From an uncultured Acidobacteriota bacterium (lineage in GTDB: Bacteria; Acidobacteriota; Vicinamibacteria; Vicinamibacterales; UBA8438), in NCBI GenBank assembly GCA_913043225.1, contig CAJWLU010000017.1, positions 1-64,000 on the forward strand: a DNA stretch of 64,000 nt, read 5' to 3'. This document shows positions 1 to 9,635 of the stretch, in pieces. A program made the position numbers and the translations under genes. The notes under the pieces were generated by a model. That model had not been told where the DNA came from, did no database searches, and saw only the letters and a list, made by a program, of their open reading frames with translations. How positions within the stretch are numbered: the stretch's first letter is position 1; every line of letters starts with the position of its first letter.

Positions 1-137
1 CTTCCGTTCGGCAGCTTTGCCCACCCTTCGACGATCGCATACGGGTTCGTGGAGTTCTGCGCCGCCGTTTCCTGCGGCACTAAAGCCGCGAGTACGAGCA
101 GAGCCGCGACGGATACGGTTAGGTTACGAACAGACAT
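1..137 (-). CDS. Partial (5' end) secreted protein, likely NHL-repeat/PAL-like beta-propeller
   Basis: Manual translation from ATG at 137: MSVRNLTVSVAALLVLAALVPQETAAQNSTNPYAIVEGWAKLPNG. Signal peptide, then an NPY..VEGW..LP.G start typical of NHL proteins. GAGGT RBS upstream. Runs off the window edge. Confidence 0.6.
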   Translation of the reverse strand, partial: MSVRNLTVSVAALLVLAALVPQETAAQNSTNPYAIVEGWAKLPNG

Positions 138-303
138 GAAGCACCTCAAGAGACGTTGAGTGGACCTACCTACACCGAGGCCGCTAGCGTATAACTCTCC
201 GGGTTCACCAAGCAAGGAGTTGGACCGCGCACGTCTTCAAGGACGTCCTATTCGACACCCCGAGTGGATTCCGGCGTCGAAGCCGCCGATCAGACGACGA
301 TTG

Positions 304-765
304 CTATCCCCTGCGGTTCAGGCTGTAGGGTAACCCGCCGCCGCCCCACGCCAGCGCCGTCAAACCCGCCACCACCGGGAGTCCGTAGCCGTTGGTCAGA
401 TACGCGGCCTGGAACAGTACTCCCATCGCGAAGTGGAAGTTGAGGACCATCAACAGCGAGACTAGCGCCGCCAGCCGGACCCCGAGTCCCAGCATGAGTG
501 CCGTCCCGCACGCCAGTTCACCCAGGAGCACCAGCCGGGCAAACAGCGGGGCGCCCGGGATGGCGATGGTCTCGAGATACCACTGGCTCACCGCCGGGGC
601 GTACTCGTGCCATCCCCAGAGTTCGTCGGTGAGCGAAGCGCTGCTAGCCAGCCAGGCCGTCTTGCTCCAGCCCATCGCGAACATGAAGATACCGAGCAGC
701 ACCGACAGGACCCGAAGTCCGGCGGCCGGCGCAGGCGGGGGCGCTTCGGAGTTTGTCGCGCTCAT
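304..765 (-). CDS. DoxX/DoxD-like membrane protein
   Basis: About four TM segments; GELACGTALMLGLGVRLAA matches the DoxX E..G..L..G...R.AA pattern. Confidence 0.75.
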   Translation of the reverse strand: MSATNSEAPPPAPAAGLRVLSVLLGIFMFAMGWSKTAWLASSASLTDELWGWHEYAPAVSQWYLETIAIPGAPLFARLVLLGELACGTALMLGLGVRLAALVSLLMVLNFHFAMGVLFQAAYLTNGYGLPVVAGLTALAWGGGGLPYSLNRRG

Positions 766-1008
766 CGGTCGGCCTTCCGCCTCACCGTTGAGCCACCGGT
801 AGCTAGCCGCGAAAGCGTTGATGCGGGGTTGCAGCCGCTGGCGTCAAGCCTTCCTCCAACTCGGCGCTGAAGTACGGGTCGTCTTGGCTGATTGACTCGC
901 AACTCGTCTACCATCGGCTCACTATATGCCCATCTCTTACGGCATTGGGACGGGCGCTCCGGTCATGCCACCAAAGCGCTGTAAATGCTGCGATTTCTGG
1001 TGCGTCTG

Positions 1009-1027
1009 ATGACGATATACTCGTCAT
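1009..1027. promoter_or_regulatory. Palindrome ATGACGA-TATAC-TCGTCAT overlapping a TATACT -10-like box
   Basis: Perfect 7-bp inverted repeat about 60 nt upstream of the PQQ dehydrogenase start. Confidence 0.4.
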
Positions 1028-1085
1028 TCCGATGCCTTGCTCGGGTCCGGTTGGGCGCCCGAGGTGGATCAAGGAGAGACCGACC

Positions 1086-3095
1086 GTGAACGAGATGACA
1101 TACAGACGTCCGACATCGACGGCGTGGCTGATCGTTACGTTGCTGTTCCTGGCGGCGCCGGCGTCGGCCCAGGACGACGGCGGTTGGACCCACTGGGGTG
1201 CCGATGCATCGAGCAGCCGCTATGCGCCATTCGATCAGATCAACGCCGAGAACTTCGAGGATCTCGAGGTGGCGTGGGTCTGGCGTGGCGACAATTTCGG
1301 CCCGCGCGTCTACGACAACATGCGCGGCACCCCGATCTATGCCGGTGGTAAGTTGCTGGGCGTGGCCGGCGAGCGTCGGACCGTTGTGGCCATTGATCCG
1401 GCCACCGGCGAGACCCTCTGGACCTTCCGGGAGCCACCCACCAAGCGGTGGGAAGACTCCATGCGGAAGAGCTACGGCAAGGGGGTTGCCTACGAGGAGG
1501 TTAATGGGGAAGGGCGCGTCTATGTGGTGACTCCGGGTTTCTTCATGCATGTCCTCGATTCCGACACCGGCATTCCCATCGAGAGCTTCGGCGACGGTGG
1601 CACCATCGACCTGCTCGGTGATCTTGGGTATCCGCATCACCCGACCAATGGTCTGGATCCACAGACTGGTTACATCACCAACTCGTCGCCTCCGATCGTG
1701 ACCAACGGCGTGGTGGTGGTCGGCAATAGCCACGAGCAGGGTTATCAGCAGACCCGCCGAGAGAACGTACCGGGGCACATCTTGGCCTACGACGCTGAGG
1801 ACGGCGACTTTCTGTGGAAGTTCAACGTCATCCCGCAGTCGGAGAGTGAGTTCGGGTTCGACACCTGGGAAAGCGACGCCTGGTCCTACACCGGTAACGT
1901 GTCTGCGTGGGCGCCGATGTCGGCCGACGAGGAGCTGGGGCTCGTCTACATTGCGACCGATCCCCCGACGAACGACTTTTGGGGCGGCTTCCATCCGGGC
2001 GACAATCTGTTTGCGACCACCATCCTGGCGTTGGATGCCAAGACCGGAGAGCGGCGCTGGCACTTCCAGACCGTGCATCACGACATCTGGAATTACGACA
2101 ACCCAACGGCGCCGAACCTGGTTGACATTACCGTCGACGGGCAGCGCATCCCGGCGCTGGTGCAGACTACTAAGCAGTCTTATGCGTATGTACTTAACCG
2201 GGCGACCGGCGATCCAGTGTGGCCGATCGAGGAGCGTCCAGCCCCCAGGGGACACGTGCCGGGCGAGTGGTACTCGCCGACCCAGCCGCATCCGACCAAG
2301 CCGGCGGCCTATGAGCTCCAGAATGTAACGGTCGACGAGTTGATCGACTTCACGCCGGAGTTGCGCGCGGAAGCGACGGCGATTCTCGAGCAGTACGAGT
2401 ACGGGCCGCTCTTCACGCCGCCGCTGCACCGTGGGAATGACCTTGGCAAGCGGGCCGCGATCCACTGTCCCGGTTCGAACGGCGGGACCAACATCATGGG
2501 CGGTGCTGCGGTCGACCCGGAGACCGGCATTCTGTATGTCGGCTCGACTAAGGCCTGCTCGGCGCCAATGCTGGTGCCGGGGATCAACGCCGACCAGGAC
2601 AAGGAGAACCCGATCGGCCAGACCGTGATGGATTGGGTGGCCGGTCCTGGCGGTGTCCGCGGACCCCAGGGGCTGCCGCTGTGGAAGCCACCCTACGCTC
2701 GGATCACCGCGATCGACCTGAACACGGGTGAGCATCTGTGGTGGATCCCGAACGGCGAGACTCCGGATCGGATCAAGAGCCATTCGTTGCTCGAGGGGAT
2801 CGATATTGGCAACACCGGCTCGCCGTCGCACCCGACGCAGGTGGTGACAAAGTCGTTGCTGATCTACGGAGAGGGACGCGGCGGTGGCCCTAGGATGCAC
2901 GCGCACGATAAACAGACGGGCGAGCGAATCGGCACTATCGATCTACCGGCGCCGACCAATACCGCCGTGATGACCTACATGCACGACGGTGTGCAGTACA
3001 TCGTGGCGCCGACCGGCGGCCGTTCCGGCGGACGCGGCGGCCGTGGCGGCGAGCGATTTCCCGCCTCGTTCGTAGCTCTGCGCCTACCTCTCTAG
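1086..3095 (+). CDS. PQQ-dependent dehydrogenase, quinoprotein glucose dehydrogenase-like, exported
   Basis: AAGGAG RBS before GTG 1086; signal peptide (APASA-Q); SRYAPFDQIN, W.FQTVHHDIWNYD, YSPTQPHP and KPPY.RITAIDLNTGE motifs. Confidence 0.88.
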   Translation: MNEMTYRRPTSTAWLIVTLLFLAAPASAQDDGGWTHWGADASSSRYAPFDQINAENFEDLEVAWVWRGDNFGPRVYDNMRGTPIYAGGKLLGVAGERRTVVAIDPATGETLWTFREPPTKRWEDSMRKSYGKGVAYEEVNGEGRVYVVTPGFFMHVLDSDTGIPIESFGDGGTIDLLGDLGYPHHPTNGLDPQTGYITNSSPPIVTNGVVVVGNSHEQGYQQTRRENVPGHILAYDAEDGDFLWKFNVIPQSESEFGFDTWESDAWSYTGNVSAWAPMSADEELGLVYIATDPPTNDFWGGFHPGDNLFATTILALDAKTGERRWHFQTVHHDIWNYDNPTAPNLVDITVDGQRIPALVQTTKQSYAYVLNRATGDPVWPIEERPAPRGHVPGEWYSPTQPHPTKPAAYELQNVTVDELIDFTPELRAEATAILEQYEYGPLFTPPLHRGNDLGKRAAIHCPGSNGGTNIMGGAAVDPETGILYVGSTKACSAPMLVPGINADQDKENPIGQTVMDWVAGPGGVRGPQGLPLWKPPYARITAIDLNTGEHLWWIPNGETPDRIKSHSLLEGIDIGNTGSPSHPTQVVTKSLLIYGEGRGGGPRMHAHDKQTGERIGTIDLPAPTNTAVMTYMHDGVQYIVAPTGGRSGGRGGRGGERFPASFVALRLPL

Positions 3096-3182
3096 TCTAG
3101 GCTTGGACGACCCTGCAACGGGCGGCACGCCGGTGTCTCGCGAGAACAGGTATCGTGCGGACTCGACCATCGTGGAGGCAGG

Positions 3183-4160
3183 ATGGCTCACCGAAGAACG
3201 GGTACCGTGGTCGACAAAGAGCTGCTCTCGGAGACGCTCATGCGTTTCCGGCTCATGCCGGAGGAGGGTGTGCCGTTTCCCTCTTACCGGGCTGGCCAGC
3301 ACATCGTGCTCCGGCGGGACGACTGCAAGCTGACACGGAAGACCGGCGTTGGTCAGAACGGGAAGCCGCAGTACGAGCCGGACCTCGACCCCTGGGGACG
3401 GCAGCAGCTCGGTTCGGTGACCCACGCCTACTCGGTCGCGTCGGCGCCATTCGAAACCCAGGAGCACGGGTGGCTCGAATTCCTCGTTGCCCTCGAACAG
3501 GGGTCGCACGGACTATCTGGCCGGTTGGGCGAAGCGCTGTTCAAGGTGGGGCCCGAGAGCGGTTGCGAGGTGAAGTATGCCGATCGCATCGCCGGTAGCT
3601 TCACGCTGAGCGACCGGGTGGGCGACGCCGAGAGTGTCCTGCTCGTCGGCACGGGTACGGGCGTGGCGCCCTTCGCAGCGATGGTCAAGCAGCTCCATAC
3701 CGAGGGGCGGGCTGACGACACATGTCGCTACACTTTGGTGCACACGCATCGCAGTGTGAAGGAGCTCGCCTTCCAGCGCTTGTTTTCTGAGATCGAGGCG
3801 GCGGGGCGTTTCGACTTCCTCTATCTCCCGACCATCAGCCGCCCGGCGCAGGAAGCCGAAGTGGATCCGCACATCGGGCAGGGCAGGGCGAACAACGTAG
3901 TCCGGTTGTTGTTTGGCCTGCCGACCGCCGAGGAGGAGAAGCTGACCCGCGCCAAGAGTGATGTGTCGGTCGTGGCGGCGAACTTGGCGCTCGCGCGCTT
4001 GGTGCACCCAGTGTTGCCGCGACACCTGAACGTGGACGCGCTCCGCGAGCGTCACCCCTCAGCCAAGACGGTGCTGCTCACTTGCGGCAACCCGGCGTCG
4101 ATGGCCGACCTCCGGGCCACCGCGGAGCGACGCGAGATCCGCTTCGAGATGGAAGCCTAA
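3183..4160 (+). CDS. Ferredoxin-NADP+ reductase (FNR)-like flavoprotein
   Basis: AGQH, HAYSVASAP, GTGTGVAPF and TCGNP motifs, with a C-terminal FEMEA. Confidence 0.8.
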   Translation: MAHRRTGTVVDKELLSETLMRFRLMPEEGVPFPSYRAGQHIVLRRDDCKLTRKTGVGQNGKPQYEPDLDPWGRQQLGSVTHAYSVASAPFETQEHGWLEFLVALEQGSHGLSGRLGEALFKVGPESGCEVKYADRIAGSFTLSDRVGDAESVLLVGTGTGVAPFAAMVKQLHTEGRADDTCRYTLVHTHRSVKELAFQRLFSEIEAAGRFDFLYLPTISRPAQEAEVDPHIGQGRANNVVRLLFGLPTAEEEKLTRAKSDVSVVAANLALARLVHPVLPRHLNVDALRERHPSAKTVLLTCGNPASMADLRATAERREIRFEMEA

Positions 4161-4227
4161 TAGGGGTTCCGCCTGCTCTCTCCTTGCACCTTGCCAGGCA
4201 GACGCCTCCCCAGGACCCCGAGGCTGA

Positions 4228-4668
4228 TTACTCGGTGGGAACGTCGGGGAAGTCGATGCCATCCACGATGTGAACGCCGTTGTCGAGGCTCTTGTGCACC
4301 GGGCACCGCTTGGCGACCTGAGTCAGGCGCGCCCGCTGGGCATCGGTCAGGTCTCCGCGAATCGTGACGTGGCTTTGCACCCGCTCTATAAGCCCGTCCG
4401 CACGTTGGTCGCAGTCGACGCAGTCGTCGGCATGAACGCGCTCGAACTCCAGCTGCACGTCGACTCCACCGAGCGGAATGCTCTTGTGGTCTGCATACAG
4501 CCGCAGAGTCATCGCAGTGCAGGCCGCCAGGCTCCCCAGCAGAAACTCGTAGGGGGTCGGTCCGCTGTCGGCGCCGGCGCCCGGCGGCTCGTCGCTCCGC
4601 CAGAGGAACTGTCTGGACCGAATGTCTACCCGGGTTCCCTGCTTCAATGACGCTGTGACTGTGGCCAT
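4228..4668 (-). CDS. OsmC/YhfA family protein
   Basis: GPTPYEFLLGSLAACTAMTLRLYA and KRCPVHKSL. Confidence 0.9.
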   Translation of the reverse strand: MATVTASLKQGTRVDIRSRQFLWRSDEPPGAGADSGPTPYEFLLGSLAACTAMTLRLYADHKSIPLGGVDVQLEFERVHADDCVDCDQRADGLIERVQSHVTIRGDLTDAQRARLTQVAKRCPVHKSLDNGVHIVDGIDFPDVPTE

Positions 4669-4701
4669 GCAGTTCCTCGCTGGCGTGTGCAGGGCCGTCG
4701 G

Positions 4702-5979
4702 CTAGTCCTCGATGGCCTGATAGATCAGGGCGCGGAGCTTCCCGTGGTCGTCGAGGCCGCGGGCGGGCCTGAGCTGGGTCAGATAGACCACGACCAGTTC
4801 CTCGGTCGGGTCGACCCAGTAGGTCGAGTGATAGGCGCCGCCCCACCCGTACTCCCCCTCGGAGCCAGGTGCTCCTCTGGCCCCGACGTTCTCGACCACC
4901 GAGAAACCCAACCCGAAGCCCTGGCCGGCTCGGAAGGTCTGCTCGGGAGTCAGGTGGTTCGTCGTCATCAGCTCGACGGTCTTGCGGCTGAGCAGGCGTG
5001 CGCCCTCGAACTCACCTCCGTTGAGCATCATTTGTAGGAAGCGGGTGTAGTCGGTGGCGGTTGAGAGCAGACCCGCGCCGCCAGAGAAGCTGGTACGCGG
5101 CCCGTCCACATACGCCCCTTGTCCTACCATGTGTCCCGGATCGGGAGCCCGTTCCAGGCCGTTCGGGGTTGCCGAATACACGGTCGCCAGCCGGCGCCGC
5201 TTCGCCTCGGGCAGATAGAAGTGGGTATCCTCCATGCCCAGAGGGTCAAAGATGCGTGTCTGGAGGAACTCGTCCAGCGGCATACCGCTCACTGCCTCGA
5301 TCAGCGCCCCGAGGATGTCGGTGTTGTAGCCGTACACCCAGGCTTCGCCAGGGTGGGTGTCGAAGGGTAGCGTGGCCAGCCGGTCGATGGTCGCTCTCAC
5401 AGGCTCGTCTCGGTCTGCAAAGTACCATCCCTGGATGCCGGCCTCCTCCCACTGGTCGCTCGCCGGTCCGTTGCCGTAGCTCACGCCCGAAGTATGGGTC
5501 AGCAGTTGCCGAATCGTGATCGGTCCCCGTGCTTCGACCACGTCGTATCCGCCAGTGTCGCGCCGCTGAGCGACGGTGGTGCGCTCGAACGCAGGCAGAT
5601 AACGGCCAACCGGGTCGGAAATCAGCAGCTTACCGTCTTCTTGCAGCAGCATGACGCCCGTGCTGACGAGCGCCTTGGTCTGCGACGCGATCCGGAAGAT
5701 GGCGTCGGTGTGCATCGGTGCTCCCGACTCGAGGTCTCGCTGCCCGAACGCGTGGTGGTAGGCCACCCGGCCCTTGCGCGCGACGATGACCACGGATCCG
5801 GCCAGGGCACCATCGTCCACATATGCCTGCATCGCCTCGGTTAAGCGGTTGAGGCGCGTCTCGGACAGGCCCACCGCCTCGGGAGCCGCTGTCGGTAGGT
5901 CTTCGGCGGAGTGTGCGGGTATGACGAACAGCGAGAGCGCGAGCGTTGCCAGCAGCGGTCGTGCAAGAGGTGTAATCAT
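4702..5979 (-). CDS. Serine hydrolase, beta-lactamase class C-like family, exported
   Basis: FRIASQTK (SxxK), LLTHTSG, W.YG and YGWGGA; signal peptide. Confidence 0.9.
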   Translation of the reverse strand: MITPLARPLLATLALSLFVIPAHSAEDLPTAAPEAVGLSETRLNRLTEAMQAYVDDGALAGSVVIVARKGRVAYHHAFGQRDLESGAPMHTDAIFRIASQTKALVSTGVMLLQEDGKLLISDPVGRYLPAFERTTVAQRRDTGGYDVVEARGPITIRQLLTHTSGVSYGNGPASDQWEEAGIQGWYFADRDEPVRATIDRLATLPFDTHPGEAWVYGYNTDILGALIEAVSGMPLDEFLQTRIFDPLGMEDTHFYLPEAKRRRLATVYSATPNGLERAPDPGHMVGQGAYVDGPRTSFSGGAGLLSTATDYTRFLQMMLNGGEFEGARLLSRKTVELMTTNHLTPEQTFRAGQGFGLGFSVVENVGARGAPGSEGEYGWGGAYHSTYWVDPTEELVVVYLTQLRPARGLDDHGKLRALIYQAIED

Positions 5980-6121
5980 GGGGTCCCTCTGGGAGGTAGA
6001 TGTGTCCCCGGGACACTATCAGATCGGCAGGAGGCCGACAATTCTATCAGTCGGTGGCGGCGGAGCGCCGCCAGGGCGTCTTGTAAATGACTGCTTGGAA
6101 AGGGGTTGTTGACCTGGAAAA

Positions 6122-6415
6122 CTAGCGGTCCACCCGAAGGCCGAGGTTGAAGTTAGCACCAGAGAGACTGCGGCACAGGTCGTTCTTGCCGCGCACCACT
6201 CGGTAGCCGGTTCCCCGTAACAAGACGCCGATATGCGGTCCGGCCACGAAGAACTTCTCGTGGTAGCTACTAAAACTTAGGCCGTGATCGAACCCGCGAC
6301 CGTCGCCGAAGCGTCAGAATCCGCCGCGCCGGTGTGAGGTCTCATAGGAAAGGACCATCGAAGCTGCCGAACCGCGCGCTATCAGAAGCGTCGCCACCAA
6401 GACCCCTCCGGCCAT
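6122..6415 (-). pseudogene. Decayed remnant of an outer-membrane beta-barrel-like gene
   Basis: Manual translation from ATG 6415 to TAG 6122 with an in-frame TGA at 6314-6316. The C-terminal FFVAGPHIGV...GTGYRVV...LSGANFNLGLRVDR reads as amphipathic barrel strands, but the reading frame is too short for a barrel. Confidence 0.5.
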
Positions 6416-6432
6416 AACGTTGCAACGCTGCC

Positions 6433-7326
6433 TCACCGAATGTCTCCCAGCCGCGGCAGGCTGATGTTGACATTCGTAACTTCGTTGTCCAACAGCTGGA
6501 CCGTCGTGACATAGCCTTCATGGCCCTCGCGCTGGATCTCTAACTGGTGCGGGCCGGCGGGTAGGTCGAGCTCCAGTCGGGCGCTCCTCGGCGTGCGCCA
6601 TTCCTCTCCGTCGACGAGGATCAGCGCATCATCCGGTTGCACCCGGATGATCAGCGTACCTAGGCCCGTGGCCGCAGTCTCTCGGGCTGGCAGCCTCCCC
6701 CGGGGCGGCGCTCCCCTCGGCGGCGGCATCGGCGCGCGGTCCTGCGGTGGAGCGAGAGTGTCCTGTGGGTCCAGTGGGTCGGGCGGCTCTGGTGGAGGCG
6801 TCGTCGTCTCGCCGGGGCCCAGGGGCTCCATGTCTTGCGTGATGCGATAGGTCGTGCCGATCGGCAGGTAGATCTGTTCCTGGATGTTGCGGTAGCCTTC
6901 GAGCCTCAGCTCGATGTCGTGCTCACCCGGCGGCAAGTGCAGCCGTTGGAAGAAGCCGTCGTAGCTGTCGACCACTCCAGCATAGTAGCCGTCGACATAC
7001 ACCTCGGTTTCCTCCGGCTCCACGTCGATGCGAAGCGAGGCGCGCTCCTCGTAGAAACCGTAGTACGGCAGCTGTCCCCAGTACGGGTAGTAGCCCCAGG
7101 GGTGGCTGTAGTAGCCATAACGTGGCCCATACCAGCCGACGCTGCGCCGGCCGCCGCGACCACCGGTCGGACGGCCTGCCTGTCCGGGTGACCGAGGGAC
7201 GGCGCGAGACGTCGAAGGCCCTGGATCCCGTCGACGTTGCTGTGCGTCGACTGAGACCGGCAACACGAGTAGCGCAAGGGCCCCGACCAGCGAGACCCAC
7301 ACCGAACTGCGTTTCGAAACAGGCAC
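6433..7326 (-). CDS. PEGA domain-containing secreted protein
   Basis: Signal peptide, Tyr/Gly-rich segment, two PEGA-like repeats (V.PEETEVYVDG, VQPDDALILVDG) and a Pro-rich linker. Confidence 0.85.
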   Translation of the reverse strand: MPVSKRSSVWVSLVGALALLVLPVSVDAQQRRRDPGPSTSRAVPRSPGQAGRPTGGRGGRRSVGWYGPRYGYYSHPWGYYPYWGQLPYYGFYEERASLRIDVEPEETEVYVDGYYAGVVDSYDGFFQRLHLPPGEHDIELRLEGYRNIQEQIYLPIGTTYRITQDMEPLGPGETTTPPPEPPDPLDPQDTLAPPQDRAPMPPPRGAPPRGRLPARETAATGLGTLIIRVQPDDALILVDGEEWRTPRSARLELDLPAGPHQLEIQREGHEGYVTTVQLLDNEVTNVNISLPRLGDIR

Positions 7327-7369
7327 CGAGCGTCCTCCCGCAGGCGCGACAGTGGGCTACCCGTTGTAC

Positions 7370-7385
7370 AGCAAACGCCGTTCCA
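7370..7385 (-). promoter_or_regulatory. Sigma-54 (-24/-12) promoter candidate
   Basis: Minus strand reads TGGAAC-GGCGT-TTGCT (GG-N10-GC), 43 nt upstream of the PEGA gene. Confidence 0.6.
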
Positions 7386-7588
7386 CCCTCAGAGTTTTAG
7401 GTGGCGGCGGCCAGATTTTAATGGCTAGGGGGACGGTAACCTTCAAGGGCCGTAGGAGACCACCAATTGTCCCCTCAATGGTAACGGACTGTCACCTGGG
7501 AGGCACACTACAGGTCAGCCGCGCAATGGCCCAGAGCGCCTGCCGCTACACCCTGTTTTTAAGGGTCAGCTTCAAGGAGATTCAGGTT

Positions 7589-8614
7589 CTAGCTCGGACG
7601 GAGGCCTCGTTGCTGCCGGGCGAATGCCCGAAGGTCGGCGACTTGGTCGAACTCGTCCACAATCTCGTGGCCGAGGATCTCCTCGAGGACGTCCTCCAGG
7701 GTCACGATCCCGCTGATTGAACCATATTCGTCGGTAACTACCATCAGGTGCTGACGCTGCTCAAGGAACGTCCGCAGGAGCTGATCGAGCTTGGCGCTTT
7801 CGACCACGAAGTGGACGGGTCGCAGGAGCTGCTCGAGCGGCGTGTCGAACTCGTCCTTGGCGGCGGCTCGGAGAATGTCGCGTCGATGGATGAGGCCGAC
7901 GATGTCGTCCGGATCCTCGTCCCAGACTGGGATCCGGCTGTGGGACAGGAGCCCCTCGTCACCTGCGGCTTCCGCTAGCTGTCTGGCGACCGGTAGGGTG
8001 AAGAGTACCGGCCGGGGGGTCATGATCTCGCCGGCGGTGCGTCCTTCCAGTGCGAGGACGTTACTGATTACCTCTGCCTCGTGCGGTTGCAGGTCGCCTG
8101 AGCGGAGGCCCTGCCGCACCATCAGGAGCAGCTCTTCATCCGAGACGCGTTCGGCCTTATGCCTCGAGGCTACCAGGCGAGTGATACCTCGGCTTAGCCA
8201 GATGATCGGCCCGAACAGCATCACCAGTCCCGCGAGCGGACGCGCGATGGGGCCGGCGAGCTGGCGCGCATAGACCACGCCGGCGGTTTTTGGCACGATC
8301 TCCGAGAACAACAAAATGACCAGCGTAAAGAGCGCCGAGAAGTAGCCGATCGCGACCGAATCAAGAACCCGTGCCGCGATCGCCCCGGCGAGCGCCGCGC
8401 CGCCGGTGTTCGCGACCGTGTTCAACGAAAGAATGGCCGCGATGGGCCGGTCCACGTGAGAGCGGAGGCGTCGCAGGGCCGCGCCACTTGGTCGGCCCTC
8501 CCGTTCCAGGATGTCGATTTGCGACAGGGGGACCGAGTAGAGCACCGCCTCGAACAACGAGCAGGCACCCGAGGTGATTACCACGAGCCCCACGACCAGT
8601 ACCAGTTCGAGCAT
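7589..8614 (-). CDS. CNNM/DUF21-CBS (hemolysin/CorC-like) membrane protein
   Basis: CSLFEAVLYS, AAILSLNT, SEIVPKT, IMTPR, HSRIP and DEYG..GIVTLEDVLEEILG. Start reassigned to ATG 8614. Confidence 0.9.
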   Translation of the reverse strand: MLELVLVVGLVVITSGACSLFEAVLYSVPLSQIDILEREGRPSGAALRRLRSHVDRPIAAILSLNTVANTGGAALAGAIAARVLDSVAIGYFSALFTLVILLFSEIVPKTAGVVYARQLAGPIARPLAGLVMLFGPIIWLSRGITRLVASRHKAERVSDEELLLMVRQGLRSGDLQPHEAEVISNVLALEGRTAGEIMTPRPVLFTLPVARQLAEAAGDEGLLSHSRIPVWDEDPDDIVGLIHRRDILRAAAKDEFDTPLEQLLRPVHFVVESAKLDQLLRTFLEQRQHLMVVTDEYGSISGIVTLEDVLEEILGHEIVDEFDQVADLRAFARQQRGLRPS

Positions 8615-8702
8615 GACGCTATGGTCCGGCCTTGGCGAGACGGATGCAACCCGCCAAAGCTCACCGTGCCCGAAGGCGCAGTGAGCGAAGGCGGGTTGCC
8701 AG

Positions 8703-9635
8703 CTATCTCGGGTTCTCCAGGAACCGCAGCAGCTCGCTGTTAGTCCCCAGGATGAAGAACGTGTCCGGATCCATAGTGCGCTCGTAGGTCTCGAGCGACT
8801 TGGTGAACGCGTAGAAGCCGGCGTCGCTGCCGTAGGCCTCGGCATAGACCTGCGTGGCTTCGGCGTCGGCGGTTCCCCGGATCTCCTCAGCGGTCCGGAA
8901 TGCCGCGGACTGAATCTGGGCGAGGTCGCGCTCCCGCTCACCCTGGATTCGGGCTGATTCGCCGCGGCCCTCCGACCGGAACTCCTCGGCGATCCGCTGG
9001 CGTTCGGCGATCATCCGGGCGAACACGTCCTGTTGCACATCGGCGATGTAGTTGATCCGCTTGAACTGCAGATCCAGCAGCTCGATGCCCAGCTCGGCCA
9101 CGGCGGAGCCGGCGGCCTCGAGGATCTCCCCGGTAATCTGCTGACGTCCGGTGGCGATCGCTTCCAGCACCTCGGCCTCCTCGTCTCCGGTTCTGTTGCT
9201 GTTTTCCGGCTGCCGATTGGTGCTACGGACGATCTCGATCAGGTCGTGCCTGGCGACCGCGTTTCGGGTTTCGCCATCAAGGATGTCGTCCAGCCGCGAC
9301 TGTGCTCCGCGCTCGTCCCGGAGACGCTGGAAGAACAGCAGCGGGTCGGTGATCCGCCAGCGGGCGTAGGTATCCACCCAGATGAATCGGCGGTCCCGGG
9401 TCGGGACCTGGTTCGGGAATCCGTCCCACTCAAGGAACCGCTTCTCGAACATGTTCGCACGCTGGATGAACGGTAGCTTGAAGTGTAGCCCGGGCTCGAT
9501 GACCGGCTCGCCGACCGGTTCTCCGAACTGAGTGATGATGGCCTGATTGACCTCACTCACCGTATAGACGGAGCTCCCGATCAGAAACAGCCCGATGAGG
9601 AGCCCAACGACGACGAATGGTTGACTGGTATTCAT
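8703..9635 (-). CDS. hflC: Protease modulator HflC
   Basis: PGLHFKLPF, RMIAERQRIAEEFRSEG and FYAFTKSLETY; 4-nt overlap with hflK. Confidence 0.93.
   Translation of the reverse strand: MNTSQPFVVVGLLIGLFLIGSSVYTVSEVNQAIITQFGEPVGEPVIEPGLHFKLPFIQRANMFEKRFLEWDGFPNQVPTRDRRFIWVDTYARWRITDPLLFFQRLRDERGAQSRLDDILDGETRNAVARHDLIEIVRSTNRQPENSNRTGDEEAEVLEAIATGRQQITGEILEAAGSAVAELGIELLDLQFKRINYIADVQQDVFARMIAERQRIAEEFRSEGRGESARIQGERERDLAQIQSAAFRTAEEIRGTADAEATQVYAEAYGSDAGFYAFTKSLETYERTMDPDTFFILGTNSELLRFLENPR

Noticed and set aside
963..2906. 647-aa antisense ORF, and many similar long shadow ORFs (e.g. 9908-10852, 32914-33765, 47594-48526)
   Set aside because: They lie opposite well-supported genes. High-GC codon bias suppresses antisense stops, and they show no recognisable motifs.
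1086..3095. Lanthanide-dependent XoxF/ExaF-type enzyme
   Set aside because: It is glucose-dehydrogenase-like (HHDIWNYD) and lacks the vicinal CC and WDYD context of XoxF/ExaF.
4702..5979. Antibiotic-resistance beta-lactamase
   Set aside because: It has general serine-hydrolase family motifs only, with a WGG rather than KTG triad and no mobile context.
6314..6316. Selenocysteine TGA
   Set aside because: No redox-motif context, no clear SECIS, and the ORF is internally deleted. A CGA-to-TGA change is more likely.
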